Of a stretch of 64,000 nt of DNA, positions 1 to 12,895 are shown in pieces. The DNA is from Tubiluchus corallicola (lineage: Eukaryota; Animalia; Priapulida). How positions within the stretch are numbered: the first letter of the stretch is position 1; the number at the start of each line of letters is the position of its first letter. The notes beneath the pieces were generated by a model that was not told where the DNA came from, did no database searches, and worked only from the letters and a program-made list of their open reading frames with translations. Position numbers and translations under genes: made by a program. The stretch spans positions 1,240,001 to 1,304,000 of the forward strand of contig JAQGDQ010000008.1 of NCBI GenBank assembly GCA_030141605.1. The letters run 5' to 3'.

Positions 1-21
1 TTCCTGGTTTACTCGCCGGAT
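1..21 (-). CDS. unc-22: twitchin-like exon (partial): start of next Fn3 (DPASKPG...)
   Basis: tttttgtag acceptor at 22-23; phase 1 joins W|D of the previous exon. Confidence 0.85.
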
Positions 22-1226
22 CTACAAAAACATTTGTTTATAGTGATATTTAAAACTTGATACTGTTATGAAAATGTATGGAATGTTATCATGAAAATAA
101 GGTGTGAATACAATATTAGTTTTGAATGCATTAGATGCACATCACAATAGACTTTGTTATAATGGATTCACATATAATGAACTATTTCTGCCTACTCCAT
201 GCTGGTTACAATCGATAGCTCTGCTATAAAGAAGAACACACGTGCTCAGAGCAGGACTTCTGATCAGAGGGTACTTGATGTACTGCACATTATGTACAGT
301 GGTCAGTGTCATGCATTATGAAGCAATTTACAGTGTATTATTATTTATTCATATTCTTATATAATGTAAATTACAAAACAGGTATACCTATATTATTTTT
401 ACTGTGCCTTCTATGTGTTTATTGGTTGTTTTCAGTATTGTATGTGTATTACAGTACCTAATTATTACTGGTCTTCACGATGCCGTTCTCTGGTAGTGTA
501 CAAGAATTTACTGTAATCAAGAATACTTATTGCAGAAAATACTATTAATACAGATGAAAACATAACAGAAGTTCGGTTCTTTGAGAACAGCTGTGTTCTG
601 CCAATTAGAGCAGCTAAATAGATTAGAATGAGGAAGATCTGCCAGAATTTACTTTGTTGGTGACTCAAGCCATAAAATCAGAGGATAAAACAAAGTCTTA
701 TTCTTCTTTGGTCACTTTTTAACGAGCATTCTCCCTTTAGAAATATTTTGTTCAAAGGAGAATAGTATTGACAGAATAGACATAAGATTTGTTTTACAGC
801 ATTTCAGTTGGCAAAGATGCCCACAGTTGTAGGTGGCTGCCTGTTATAGAGCTGGGAAGCAAATTTAATTAGAAAGGGCACCAGGAAAAAGCATGTTTAC
901 TGAAATGAAATACAAAACAATAACAACATTTTGATCACACAGTTACTTCTGCTGCTCTTTTTCATCAGCAACACCTACATAACGTAGATGGTTGTGGCAA
1001 GACTGGAATTTAACTAGGAGTAATCCACTAAGATGAGACATTGAATTGGTAAAGGTGTATCGGCTCTCTCAATGACATAAATACAAGAATGCACTAAATT
1101 CCAATGATCACCCATGCATTCAGTAGTCAATACCAGTGTTACTTAAAGATGTCCAATAAGCAATGCTCGGTAAACTCTCAATTATTTCTCCATGCCTTAG
1201 ATGCTTTAAACAAGTTACATATTTAC

Positions 1227-1416
1227 CCCACGGATCTTTGGCTAAGATTGGTTGATCGGACATTAATGGTTCAGACTCTCCTTCTGGATTGATAGCTTTA
1301 ACGCGGAACTTGTACTGCTTGCCTGGAGTAAGACCGGTTACTGCGACGTTGGGTGGCTCAGTACCTCCAGGGCATTCGCCCATTTTCTCCCAAATACCTC
1401 TGCTCAAATCCATGCC
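1227..1416 (-). CDS. unc-22: twitchin-like exon: Fn3 C-half (GMDLSRGIWEKMGEC...YKFRVKAINPEGESEPLMSDQPILAKDPW)
   Basis: ttttag acceptor, G|GTAAAT donor, phase 0-1. Confidence 0.95.
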
Positions 1417-1513
1417 CTAAAAATGTAATAGTTAGTTAATCTCAATAAAAACATTTAACTAAAGAAACTAAAATTAAGTGAAAGAAAAAACTGTATATTA
1501 TGACAGGCTTTAC

Positions 1514-1635
1514 CTCAACGACATATTTATCAATTGGTTGACCACCGTCATCCAAAGGTTTTTTACATGTGACGTGACACCTGTCTTTGAAAACGTCGGA
1601 AACTTCCAAAGGACCTTCTGGTCTCAAAGGCTTCC
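1514..1635 (-). CDS. unc-22: twitchin-like exon: Fn3 N-half (KPLRPEGPLEVSDVFKDRCHVTCKKPLDDGGQPIDKYVVE)
   Basis: atttag acceptor, GAG|GTAAAG donor, phase 1-0. Confidence 0.95.
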
Positions 1636-2936
1636 CTAAATAACGACAAAAATGTGTAAAAAACAAAAAATGGACTCAAGTGAAAAGAAATAACTTAGTT
1701 TGCCATTAAGAACATACCTCTTTTTTTCAAAATCTGTGCATATAAAAAACCATTCGTCATAGAAAGCCTTAACCAGTAATGATGTTTAAAACTCGTCTGT
1801 ATCAGAAGATTATATAGTTGTTTAATAGCCTAGAAGTGGAATATCCATTTTTGCCTATAATTTAGATCGACAGTACTCAAATTGGGTTTCGCATGTGTAA
1901 CAAGTAAAAACTGAGCAAGAGTAGAACATACATTAAGACTGCATAGAGATCGCATTTTCACTCGTTGTCGCAAGAGAATCAAACATTACCGGTATCACAT
2001 GTCAACTTTTATTAATTATTATCATTATGCAGGGAAGTATGTTTGATTATTGCCCTTGGCTGGATAGGTAGCAAAAATACTTCAGCAGTCTTCATTGCAG
2101 AAAACTAGAAAGGCTGAGTCTGCAGAGACAATTACAGACTCAGGCCTAAAGCTTGCTGGTGACTTCGGTAAGGCAAAAGTGAAACGCCAAGATAACTTGT
2201 TCACAGGGCAGTGAGGAAAAAGTACAAATTAACAACAAAACAAAATTGGTAATGAATGGCAATTAATTACAATCAGAATTTATTCTTTAAATAATAAACT
2301 TTATCGTACCCATTTTTTCATCGATCGTATATATTTGTCGATAAAAAAAAACTGTAGTAAAACGAGCAATAAAACAAGCAAAAAACTTCTTAAGAATGCT
2401 CCTGTATGCCTCTATAATGCAGTAAGATGCATTAGCAGCCAGAAGACCCTAGATGGATTGCCAGGCCTTGCACAATACAGTATGCCTTCTTAAAATTTTG
2501 CAACTCGAAACACTGTATATTGTTACTTGCCCCTAATTCAACTTTTCACATTTTCCGTCTTTCGAGTTTGGTAACAGAATTTAATTAATGATAGGCTGGT
2601 TCCATCATTCATGATAATCTTAGATTATAAATGACTGATTCATACCGATATCCTTAAAACTTGCTTTTGCTGAATGAAATAAAACACAAAAGGAGCAAAT
2701 AAGCAGAAAAAATTTTCTGCATTTACATAGGTACTGTCAATGTATTGTCAACATAAGAATAATTCATGAATTGCGAAATACTACGCCAGTCCAGTTACCC
2801 AGTAGCAAACACATGTGTCATGGCATCCATCAATATGTCAAATCAAACTGTTAAATGACAACGGTGAATTCAAAACTTCAGACTGTTACATTAAAACAAA
2901 AATGGGCAAGGTATAAAACAGATGATAAATAAATAC

Positions 2937-3239
2937 CTAAAACTGTCACGCTAATTGTAACTTGGTCTTTTCCTGAACTGTTGGTTGCGACAAGAGTATA
3001 AGGTCCACTGTCTTTGCGCACCGTGTCCTCAATTGTCATCTTGATTTGATAGTCTTTTCGTTTGATCACTATGCGTCCCATGCGTGAGCCATCATCAATC
3101 GGTTCAATTTTGTCGCCAACGCCAAATGACCACAGCTTCTCGGGTGGTGGTTCCCCAGAAACTGGGATGTCTAGTTCCACCTTTTGGCCAGTCTTGACGA
3201 CGATGTCTTGAAGACCCCTCCTGTCGATTCTTGGTCTTA
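2937..3239 (-). CDS. unc-22: twitchin-like exon: complete Ig (RPRIDRRGLQDIVVKTGQKVELDIPVSGEPPPEKLW...DSGPYTLVATNSSGKDQVTISVTVL)
   Basis: tttacag acceptor, G|GTATTT donor, 303 nt, phase 1-1. Confidence 0.95.
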
Positions 3240-4349
3240 CTGTAAATTGGAAAGTAAATAAGAAAGAAGTTTTAGATTTCATTTCTAAAATACATTAAGG
3301 ATCATTAATAATAATAACGAACCATTGTATAATAACAAGTAGAAATTTCGCAAGTAATTGATTTGATTATATTCACAAAATAAAATGCATTCACCTAGGT
3401 AGGGAAACTCGACTGTTAGGTGCCTCAGTTGTTCTCAAATTTAGCTGTTAGTTACCAAAGTCATAACAGCGAGCACCGTTCAGTGTACTCACGCTTAAAG
3501 AATCAGTCACCTAATTGACTAAAAAATGTCTGGTATGTGCCGCTCTTATTCAAATATATGTAAAAACTGCAGACAATTGACTCAAATAACTCTGCATAAT
3601 TGGCTCAACATTGCCCAAGATTTATGGAAGTAAAATATTTAATTGCATGCCTGGCAGTTTCCTTTTGAAGCTGTTTTTCAACAGAATGTTTGTTTAATCA
3701 ATTAACAATTGCTGTTACGTAATTTATAAGTGTTCTTTACGACTTTACAAGCGTAAACATCATAAGGCAACTAAGAACATAAAGTTAATTTTGAAAAATA
3801 GAACATAAGCATGAAGATCTAGCATTTAAAGCTCTCGCAGCTTTTGCAGTGCATACTAACTGAAAAATAATGACTTACACTTCCATACTAGTAATACCGC
3901 ACCCGTCATTTAATAGTTCAGTCGGCTAATTGGGTCAGAACATTTCCATACCAAAGTGAGCCTATTAAGCGGTGCTTACTGTCTATGTAAGGTCAACATA
4001 TAATGACGGAATTAACCCGTTTAAATCATTTGAATTTCTTGATGCCGAAAATGAGCCTGGATCTGAACAAGAAAAGTAAAGATTGCAAGAACCTTCCAAC
4101 TATGAATTTTTCCTCCAAATTTCCTGCCTTTTTGTCAAATTTAGTTTCAAAAATACCGTGGGCTCACTCGATCATTAACAAATAACCTTGAAATTAAGAT
4201 TAATAAACAGTTAGCTAATGCATATTAATTTCACGAGTAGGCAACCTTGACAGTAGAGTTGAAAATTTTCCAAGTAACAATATTAATTTTAATAATATCA
4301 AAGAAGAGAAAAACAGACGATACACTGTTAAGCAATTACACTGTCCTAC

Positions 4350-4491
4350 CAAATCTGGGTTTTGTGAAGACTTTGTCACTGGCTTCGCTGGGGTCGCCTG
4401 GACCTGCTTTGTTGACAGCTCGAATGCGGAACTGATATTCCTTCTGTGGCTTCACATTGGTAACTCTAGCTTCATCTTTCTCGGCAGGTAC
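4350..4491 (-). CDS. unc-22: twitchin-like exon: Fn3 C-half (VPAEKDEARVTNVKPQKEYQFRIRAVNKAGPGDPSEASDKVFTKPRF)
   Basis: tttcag acceptor, G|GTAGGA donor, phase 0-1. Confidence 0.95.
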
Positions 4492-4787
4492 CTGAAATTA
4501 TAAGCCATATTAAACATTTTCCTCCTAACATGATAGCACTTGAGTGGTCAGCAATAATAGTATTCGTACAAAGAATACACAGCCAGAGTAAAAACTACTG
4601 GGAGGTAACTGTGCAGTAAGTGTCGTCCCTTAAGTAACCCGCCATGCCTCGTATTATCCTACACGATACATAACAAATGATTAAATTTGTATTTACAAAT
4701 TTAGTTGCACATCAACAACCTTACGCTTCACAAGTCAGCATTAAAAGCATGAGAAAATTTACACTGAAAACTTTTATTCTTGCTCAC

Positions 4788-4945
4788 CTCCATACATGGC
4801 ACCCAGTCTTTAGTTCCTGACTTTTTCTCAATAATATATTTCTCAATAGGTGCTCCACCATCTTTGGTTGGTGGCGTCCACTTAAGATCCACGCGATCCG
4901 CATCCCAGTCGACGATCCTTGGTATGCCGGATTTGCCAGGTTCAT
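4788..4945 (-). CDS. unc-22: twitchin-like exon: Fn3 N-half (EPGKSGIPRIVDWDADRVDLKWTPPTKDGGAPIEKYIIEKKSGTKDWVPCME)
   Basis: ttttcaag acceptor, GAG|GTGAGC donor, phase 1-0. Confidence 0.95.
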
Positions 4946-5103
4946 CTTGAAAAAAAATTAGGAAAATTTTTTTAAAGATGTTATTATCTATAAACTAATA
5001 ACGATATGTTAACATGAACGTTAATATATAATATCATCGTAAAAAATATGACAGTTCAGCAGTCAAAAAACAAATTCTTTAAATTAAATTAGTGGAACAT
5101 TAC

Positions 5104-5218
5104 CATATGGATTCTTAGCCAATGTAGGACCAGCAGTTACAAGAGGTTCTGATGTTCCCAATCTGTTAACTGCACGTACCCTAAATTTATATTTCTTATT
5201 CTTTGTTAAACCATCAAC
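5104..5218 (-). CDS. unc-22: twitchin-like exon: Fn3 C-half (VDGLTKNKKYKFRVRAVNRLGTSEPLVTAGPTLAKNPY)
   Basis: tttacag acceptor, G|GTAATG donor, phase 0-1. Confidence 0.95.
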
Positions 5219-5601
5219 CTGTAAAAAATTAAATAAAACAATTCCAGTAGTAATGATGTTTATTATTTCAAAGGGCTACATAAGGCTATTTTTCAAACAG
5301 CAGTGCCCAAATCACACATGATCAGGTCAAATTCTATGACTTTCTTGACTGGGCATCAACAAAAGTATTTTTCTTTGTGAGTTTCATTGGGCTCACTTTA
5401 TAAACCCTAAAAGTTTTATTCAACAATCCATTGCAAAAATAAAATGTTCAATTATGTTTACTTACTTGCCGGAAATTTCAGGTGCAACATCACTTATACC
5501 ATCTTTACTTCAGATAAATAAGAATCGTATATTTATTAAACATTTACCACAAAGAAGAAAATCTAAAGTTCTGACCACAGACGTGATTACACATGTCACA
5601 C

Positions 5602-5789
5602 CTTTATATTTGTGTCAGTGCATTCTCCTGCCGGTTGCCACTGTTCTGGATGACTAATGTCATTCTTTTCTACTATAAATTTCTCAATGGGGCATCCGCC
5701 GTCATCTTCAGGTGGCTTCCATGCCAAATCCATGCAATCCTCAAAAACATTGGACACCTCGATAGGACCTACAGGCACTGTGGGCATGT
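5602..5789 (-). CDS. unc-22: twitchin-like exon: Fn3 N-half (MPTVPVGPIEVSNVFEDCMDLAWKPPEDDGGCPIEKFIVEK...)
   Basis: gtttag acceptor, AAG|GTGTGA donor, phase 1-0; WxPPxDDGG motif. Confidence 0.95.
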
Positions 5790-6431
5790 CTAAACATAAT
5801 AGGAAGCAATTATTAATTATTTTTGCAATTATAATGCAATATAATGGAAAATCAAGGTTACCCTGAATAATTTTTTTCATATTTTGCATGACATTAAGAT
5901 GCTCAGAAAGTGCAACTTATTACTGGCTAAAGGAATACAAATGTAATAAATAATTTTTTTCTGAATGATCTCAAAAATAAGAAGTCTGCATATTTGACTT
6001 AAATGTTCTTTTTCGCAGAAGTTTCCTGGTAAAATTTCAACAGCATGGTTTGCTTTTTTACCCTTCATAACAGTTCAATGCAAATTTTGGTTTATATATA
6101 GTTATATGTATGTATGTATGTGGACATGTTACGACAACATGCATGTAATGTACGGTCATGTTGCAAAAAAGTGCATAGTGTGCATCCTCATGTTACAAGA
6201 AGTAGTTGTGAGTGTGCAATTCACATGGTTATGTTATAACAATGTGTTGATCATGCATAGTCAAATTATAATAATGTACACATCACGTATGTAATAAAAA
6301 AACCTCGAGCCTCACTGAATTTGATTTCGTGTAACTCCAGAAAGTGATGCATCATTCAATCGAGCAACTAACAACAACAGATAGACAAAAACTGTGTGAT
6401 AATGTGCATAAGCATTTTAGCAGAGACTTAC

Positions 6432-6620
6432 CTAAAATGCTGACTTTTAGAGGTTTGATATCTTCTCCCTTTATATTTGTAAGCTTCAATTCATAGGTTC
6501 CCTTATCACCTCGAACAGGCTTCCGCAACTTGATTTTTATCCTGTTTTTGGTCACTTTAATTTCTATTCCTTTCTTGACGAGATTGCCATCTTTTAACAA
6601 AACAGCATCTGGTTTGGTAC
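6432..6620 (-). CDS. unc-22: twitchin-like exon: Ig (TKPDAVLLKDG...VRGDKGTYELKLTNIKGEDIKPLKVSIL)
   Basis: ttttag acceptor, G|GTAAGT donor, phase 1-1. Confidence 0.92.
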
Positions 6621-6764
6621 CTAAAAGTGAACGAGAAACAAGCATTAAATAAGGAAAAAAAACGAATGGCAAAATGTATGTTAAAATCATCTGTTAACGT
6701 TGTTTGTGTCAATAACAAAAAAGAGGAAATAAGTCCAAGACGTCTAAAGCTATAAATTTTTTAC

Positions 6765-6851
6765 CAGAATACGGGATGGAAATTTCCAACGGCTGGCCTG
6801 CAGGTCCTTCGTAAAGGTCTTTGATTTTTCCTATTTTCGGTGGCTTCTCCG
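6765..6851 (-). CDS. unc-22: twitchin-like exon: Ig N-part (EKPPKIGKIKDLYEGPAGQPLEISIPYS)
   Basis: tttatag acceptor, G|GTAAAA donor, phase 1-1. Confidence 0.9.
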
Positions 6852-7527
6852 CTATAAAACATACAGCAAGTCATTAGACCAGAAACAAAACTTTTTAAAG
6901 TGAACTTATTTTGGAAATAATGAAATGCTTTTCTGTATTAAATGCCTCAGTATAATCCATTTGATTTTCTATATTTGTACTCTGGCTATAGAAGTGACAA
7001 CAAAAACAAATGAGGGCAGAATAATGAAAAATACTTAGGCTAAAATAATCCAAATTTCAGCAATGACAAGTAAAAGAAAAATAGCGACATAAGAGATTTC
7101 ATAATTGGATTCTAAATTATGTGTAAAGAGGACAATTATAAACTTACAAGTTACAATCAATATGAATATACAAAGCATCTAATTATGTAGTAAAATACCA
7201 GGTTTGTGAGTTTGGGAATGAAACCATGTGCTAGGTATAGATTAAAAGCTGATTCCAGGGAGAGAACCATAAGCATCCTGGCATAATTTTGTTTTTTAAG
7301 AGCTCAGAGCCCGCTTTCCTGAATTTTGAAAAAATTCACACAGTCTCAGAAAACGTTTTTGAAACTGTTGAAAAAATGAGAACATAGTGCATACAAGCAA
7401 TACACAAGACGCCAAAGTTTCATTTAGAAGATTTGAGTATAAACGAAACGGCAACAGTGAAATTTTAAGTGTAATTTAGCAATTTACACATACTGCACAC
7501 AATTAATGACATAATGACGTTTCCTAC

Positions 7528-7655
7528 CTTCAATTACTAAAAGCTCAGCAGACGACTTCAAGTCACCGGACTGCACAGTGTATTCACCAGCATCAAACAT
7601 GCGAACGTCATCTATTTTAAGTCTCAGCAAGTTGCCCTCTTTTTCTATCTGCACC
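7528..7655 (-). CDS. unc-22: twitchin-like exon: Ig C-half (VQIEKEGNLLRLKIDDVRMFDAGEYTVQSGDLKSSAELLVIE)
   Basis: tttacag acceptor, G|GTAGGA donor, phase 2-1. Confidence 0.92.
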
Positions 7656-8485
7656 CTGTAAAATTGCAAAGAAACATTTCAGAAAGTGGTGTTGTGCTTC
7701 ATGTTACTAATTTAATATTCGTCGACACTCACTAAAATATTTTGTCAAATTCTAATCGTCCATTGCTGCTTTACAAGTTGAAATACCAAGCTTAAAAGTG
7801 CTGTAAGTCAATAAAGATTACTGTTGAAAGAGGGACAAATTTGTTTTACCTCCACAAAGACTGAACAATTGTATGACTCTTTTGCTGGAAGACACATGAA
7901 ACAACTAAATTAATGACAAATAATTTACAGAGCTACACAGTAGCTTAGATCAATATATCAGCAATTGGTGTGATATCATCTTATTAATGTCTTGCTTGTT
8001 GCAATTTTTCCATTGAATCTAATATGACGTCACACACAGAATTGATTTGCTCTCACATTTTAATCGATCATTGCAAAAATTTAATGAGCTCTTTCTTGTC
8101 CCACGTCCCATCCCTCCACAAAATTTCATTTTTGTGCAATCCAAACAAAGAAATAAATGGCGAAGAAACATAAACTTTTGCTGGTGGCAATAAAGCTATT
8201 AAAACTAACAAAACCATTCTGAAATTCTCACACTGCAGTCTGTCCTACACTACAAAAACAAATTATAGTGTAAATGATATTAAACTTTTCAGCATTAAAA
8301 CTTTACAGAACCACAGAAAAAACTTGCAAAAATTTGTTAGTTATACTTAAATAGGAAAACTCACATTCTTACATTACCAAACATTGAAAATTACATAGCT
8401 ACACTCACAGTAGCTTAAAACACAGACACATGGCAAACGGACTCAAGCATTTGTGCTTGACCTTACACAAATTGAATTAACTTAC

Positions 8486-8624
8486 CTGCCCACTGCCTCT
8501 ATGGGATCTTCTCCATGAAACCAGCTCACCTTAGCCGTGGGATCTCTGACTTTGGCATCAAACACGACACTTTCTTCCTCTTTGACTTGAATGGGTTGAA
8601 GTTTCTTTAATATGTCGTTGGCAG
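8486..8624 (-). CDS. unc-22: twitchin-like exon: Ig N-half (ANDILKKLQPIQVKEEESVVFDAKVRDPTAKVSWFHGEDPIEAVG)
   Basis: ttttag acceptor, AG|GTAAGT donor, phase 1-2. Confidence 0.92.
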
Positions 8625-8814
8625 CTAAAACAAAACCAAAGCAGCTATAATCAAACTTGGAATATACTGAAAATCAAGACATAGCCTACAAATACTTATT
8701 TTAAAAAATGGCACATCTTGTGCATAACTAGGAGAATTGGCCAAGCTTAGCATGGAGCATGCACCGACTGTGAGGTGTTTCTTATATTAGACAACAATTA
8801 GTCATAAAACTTAC

Positions 8815-8983
8815 GTTCGACTTTCAGTTTTGCATCTGACTGCCCATAATGAGGGTCATTTGTCTTGACTGTGTACAGACCCGGAGAGTTGGCCAGATCA
8901 CATTTTTTCACTTTCAGCTTTCTTACTCTGCCTTTGTTTATGAATTCGAACTTGGGATCATTTGGCGAGATCTCGACTCCATC
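8815..8983 (-). CDS. unc-22: twitchin-like exon: Ig C-half (DGVEISPNDPKFEFINKGRVRKLKVKKCDLANSPGLYTVKTNDPHYGQSDAKLKVE)
   Basis: tttcag acceptor, C|GTAAGT donor, phase 0-1. Confidence 0.92.
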
Positions 8984-9296
8984 CTGAAATACCGAAAACC
9001 CCCTTGTAATACAATTTCGCAATTTAAAAAAGTTAGAAACAAGTATTTAAAAAATGGAAATTTATTACTGTATCGACATACAGCATCATTTACAGTACTG
9101 TTCAACTTCACTGTACAAACGTCACTTCAGCGCAATGCCATCTCACAACAGCAAATATATACGTAAAGAGTATTGATACTATAAAAATAGAGTAAAATAC
9201 CTAAATAAAGAAATGCTTTATCAATATTTTACAATCTTTACATGCACGCGTGCCATGCACATGTTGTTGAATTTTGATTTATGTATAGGTATTTAC

Positions 9297-9409
9297 CTTG
9301 AACCATTGAGTAACCGCTTTCTCATCACTGACTTCACACTCAAACATGGCCGGTTCATCTTCGATCACATTCTGTGGATTCAGTGACTTGAGAATTTGGT
9401 ACCTGATTT
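9297..9409 (-). CDS. unc-22: twitchin-like exon: Ig N-half (IRYQILKSLNPQNVIEDEPAMFECEVSDEKAVTQWFK)
   Basis: cttacag acceptor, AAG|GTAAAT donor, phase 1-0. Confidence 0.92.
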
Positions 9410-9948
9410 CTGTAAGCAAGCCATATCGTATCACTGATAAAGAAATCACTAAAGCTGCTAGATGGACTTTTGAGTGATATACACATGATGTTGTCACTCA
9501 GGAAATCTATGCTGAAATCTTGTATGAACTCTAAGTAACTTGTGTTTAAGCAAAGCGACAATCTGTGTAGGCACGTTATGTTTTCGTACAAGCAATAATA
9601 AATAAAATAGTGAACATAGTATAAATGCAGTGAACTAATAAAGGTTGGATCACTTCGGACGTCGAAGATAACATAGGCGTAGCAAAATACCAATGCTTAG
9701 GCCTGACATATTCCTGTGCAGCATTAGAAATAAAAATGAAACAAATTATTGACAAAAGCCACAAAGAATGAATTTAATTCGACTTCTATTCGGCAAAAAT
9801 GTGACAAGTTTCGCAAGTGTGTGGCCTCCAACTGATTATTTCAAAATATCAAAAATATTGTATCAAAAGTCTACAGCATCCTATGCACCTCAGATTGTTT
9901 ATCTGGGAGGTGACATTAAGCAAAAGGTCATCATTTCTAGTAACTGAC

Positions 9949-10114
9949 CTTCAACAAACAATGTTGTGACGGTGAACGTTTTGTCATTTATCATGCACTT
10001 GTAGTCGGCTTCATCTGTGAGCTGGCAGTCAAATACTTTGAGGAAACATCGATTTAGATGATCCTTTGTGATGCTGTGTTTCATCGACTTGATGTCAACA
10101 GCACTCGGATCATT
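9949..10114 (-). CDS. unc-22: twitchin-like exon: Ig C-half (NDPSAVDIKSMKHSITKDHLNRCFLKVFDCQLTDEADYKCMINDKTFTVTTLFVE)
   Basis: ttcttag acceptor, G|GTCAGT donor, phase 0-1. Confidence 0.9.
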
Positions 10115-12318
10115 CTAAGAAAACAGAAAACAGCAACTTAATTAGAAAATGCATCAACTATTGCTTTTACACTAGACTAATTTGGCTGTCTGAACAGAAA
10201 ACTAAAAGTTTGTTACGTTTTAATAAACTACTTACTATATCAACTTCAACACGTTGCTTTATAAGTGTTCGAATTAACGCAATACACTGTGCATAAAATT
10301 ATCTCAAAATCAGTAAACAGCAGCAGATACAAAACACACAAACAAAAGAACAGTGTAGCAGTAATAGATAATATTTAAGAAAAAAAGTGGAACAATTTTA
10401 ACAGCCAAAACTATGTTAGCACAATGTAGATGTAATAAAAATGATAGAGTTTTAAGAATCCACAGGAAAATTTAGCTTAAAACATCATGAGAGTTAACAA
10501 CCGACTTTCAGATGAAATGAAAAGCCCATTGTAAGTCACAAATGAAAAGCGTCTGTTAATTAGTTAAAAAAGAGTTGAGATTTATAAAATAAATAAATAA
10601 AAACAATTCACAGTGCTCAGCGCTCACATGAAATGGCAAAATGCCGCTGCCAAACACATGTTCACATCTATGGTCATTTCACACACCTTAAGAAGGTGCA
10701 TTCATTTATTTCGAAAACGCCCCAATGGCCTTATTCACATACTTTCGAAACGTACAGCTGTTACAATAAAATTTCAAGCACCATACCAGCAAACACTTAA
10801 TGCTAAACAATGTATCTTACATGGGAATCATTTGGAGGCTGAGAAAACCGTTCAGGTTCGAAAATGTGTGAACTGTGTGGAAACGTGTTTGGCTAGCAAG
10901 CAGCTAGAGCTGTTTAAAAAACAGCGAACACAGCGAGACGTTAGCATGACATACAGAACACACTGATAATAGTCTCCATAAGACTTACTAGCTGACTCAT
11001 GAAATCCTTCATGTATCAATGCACGGCATGAAAAATAAAATCAAAGATTAGTAGTTAAAACACATGTAATCTTGTACTGCATGTATGAGCTCAGATTGGA
11101 GCACGGAAACGGCTCCGGCTCACATGTAGTGCAAAATTCATTGAGTAATGACAAAACTAAAAATCTTTCACACCATCTTTAATACTACGAGTTGCGTGTA
11201 AGTATGTAATTTTTCAAATAGTGGATATAAATAGATCAGAGTGTTGAAAGAAAAGGTACATCAAATGGAGTGACTGAAGATGTCAGCAAGCATACATGGG
11301 TAAGACACTGTCCAATTTTAATCCATGCCCATGCATTGCAGGAATCGTCCTTGTATAAATTAAAGTTTGATACATGAAAAACAGTTCATATGGAGCTCAA
11401 TATTTATACCCACTATTTAAAATGTAATCCCAAAATAACCAAACATACCACATATGGGACTGTATTCTGCAGGGTACCAGAATTTCTATTTTTGCAGTAA
11501 AATGGTAAGCAATAAGGTACACACACTTTCAGAAAACAGTCCGATTTGGTATGCTTAATCAATACAGCAATAATGCAAGGCTAAATAAAAATTCAAAATA
11601 CTATATGCATTTTACATTTTCAACATCTGGATAGAATTCGAAAAGGGACTAGAGACTTCTGTAGTGCCTTCTTTCAAATTCTACCACTAGTTTTCTTTAA
11701 AGAAATTGGCAAAAAAATCCTTTAAAGATGTATAAATGCATAATATAAGTAAATAAACTATACTACAAATAATCAAAAGCTACAAACTGAAAGAAAATGA
11801 ATTTTTACTATATGAATGGTCATAAGAAACATACGAGTAAACAAATTCAGCTGCTTACATAATGCCAGCATGGGTACTATAAGTATCCTTTATGATAAAC
11901 CACTTTCCATATTCAATGCTATGCCATTAGTAAATATAAATAAAATTACCCATTTAGGTGTAAAACGAACTTCTACATTTTTAAAATGAAAATAACGTAG
12001 TAGAAGTAGAGAAAAGCCGTGAAAAATGAAAAACTCAAAATTTCATTGAAAAAAGTTGCATGTCTTGAAATTCAAAAATTTCAAAAATCTCAGAACTGTA
12101 GGTCACATTTAGAAAGGTTATTAAAGTAACATTAGTGCACACAACGTTAATAGGAAACTATGAAAGGTTTTAAGAAGTTAATCCTAAAGTTATTAAGTAA
12201 ACCAATTAAAACATGCAATTACCTTTACCAGTTACCTTTAGTCGACCAGTTTAGGGTTAAGTTGACCTATATAGTTGGCAAGTTGGGTGAGAAGAAAAAA
12301 TGTGCTGATGCATTAGTT

Positions 12319-12600
12319 CAGGGGTGGGCAAACTATGATCGTGGGATACATGTGGCCCACAAACAAACTTGATAGGTGTGTAAGCTTACGCGATCTGCAT
12401 TGTGATACATATAGTAAAACTATATCTAAAGTTGGATAAGACCTGAAAACTGTAAATAATATAATGTAAATTGTATAAATATTAATTAATTTTTTGTGAC
12501 AATAACTACATTTAGTTAGAAATTTTTTTGTCGTACATGGCCCACTAGACACTTTACAATCTCCACATGACCTTTTGGAAGAAGCGTTTGCCCATCTCTG
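12319..12600. mobile_element. Non-autonomous hAT-type MITE
   Basis: TIRs caggggtgggcaaac / gtttgcccatctctg; 8-bp flanks cattagtt / cattaatt (7/8 TSD). Confidence 0.8.
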
Positions 12601-12755
12601 CATTAATTATATACACGGTATACTAATGCATTAGCCGTCGTGTTATCAGGGGTTCTACCATATAAAGTGTTAACATGTGCAGAGAAAGAGTCGTACAAGT
12701 CAGCATTGGTACAAGGTGCCCGGGGAGAGAAAAGAGCAAACATTGTGACTACTAC

Positions 12756-12895
12756 CTCGATAAGTTGATCGTTTTTGTACCATGTGACTTGGGCGCGTTT
12801 GTCTGACACGCTACACTCTAGTATGGCGGTCGTGTGCTGGTCGACCTCTACGCGCTTCGGTAACAACTTGGTGAAGAAGAAGTTTGGATCCGGTT
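12756..12895 (-). CDS. unc-22: twitchin-like exon: Ig N-half (PDPNFFFTKLLPKRVEVDQHTTAILECSVSDKRAQVTWYKNDQLIE)
   Basis: tttcag acceptor, GAG|GTAGTA donor, phase 1-0. Confidence 0.92.

Noticed and set aside
10613-10966. 117-aa plus-strand ORF
   Set aside because: GTG start and no domain; overlaps the minus-strand microexon candidates and is better explained as chance
12223-12266. Exon-like segment with three nearby donors
   Set aside because: Lengths of 31, 38 and 44 nt all break frame in a phase-0 intron; no other support
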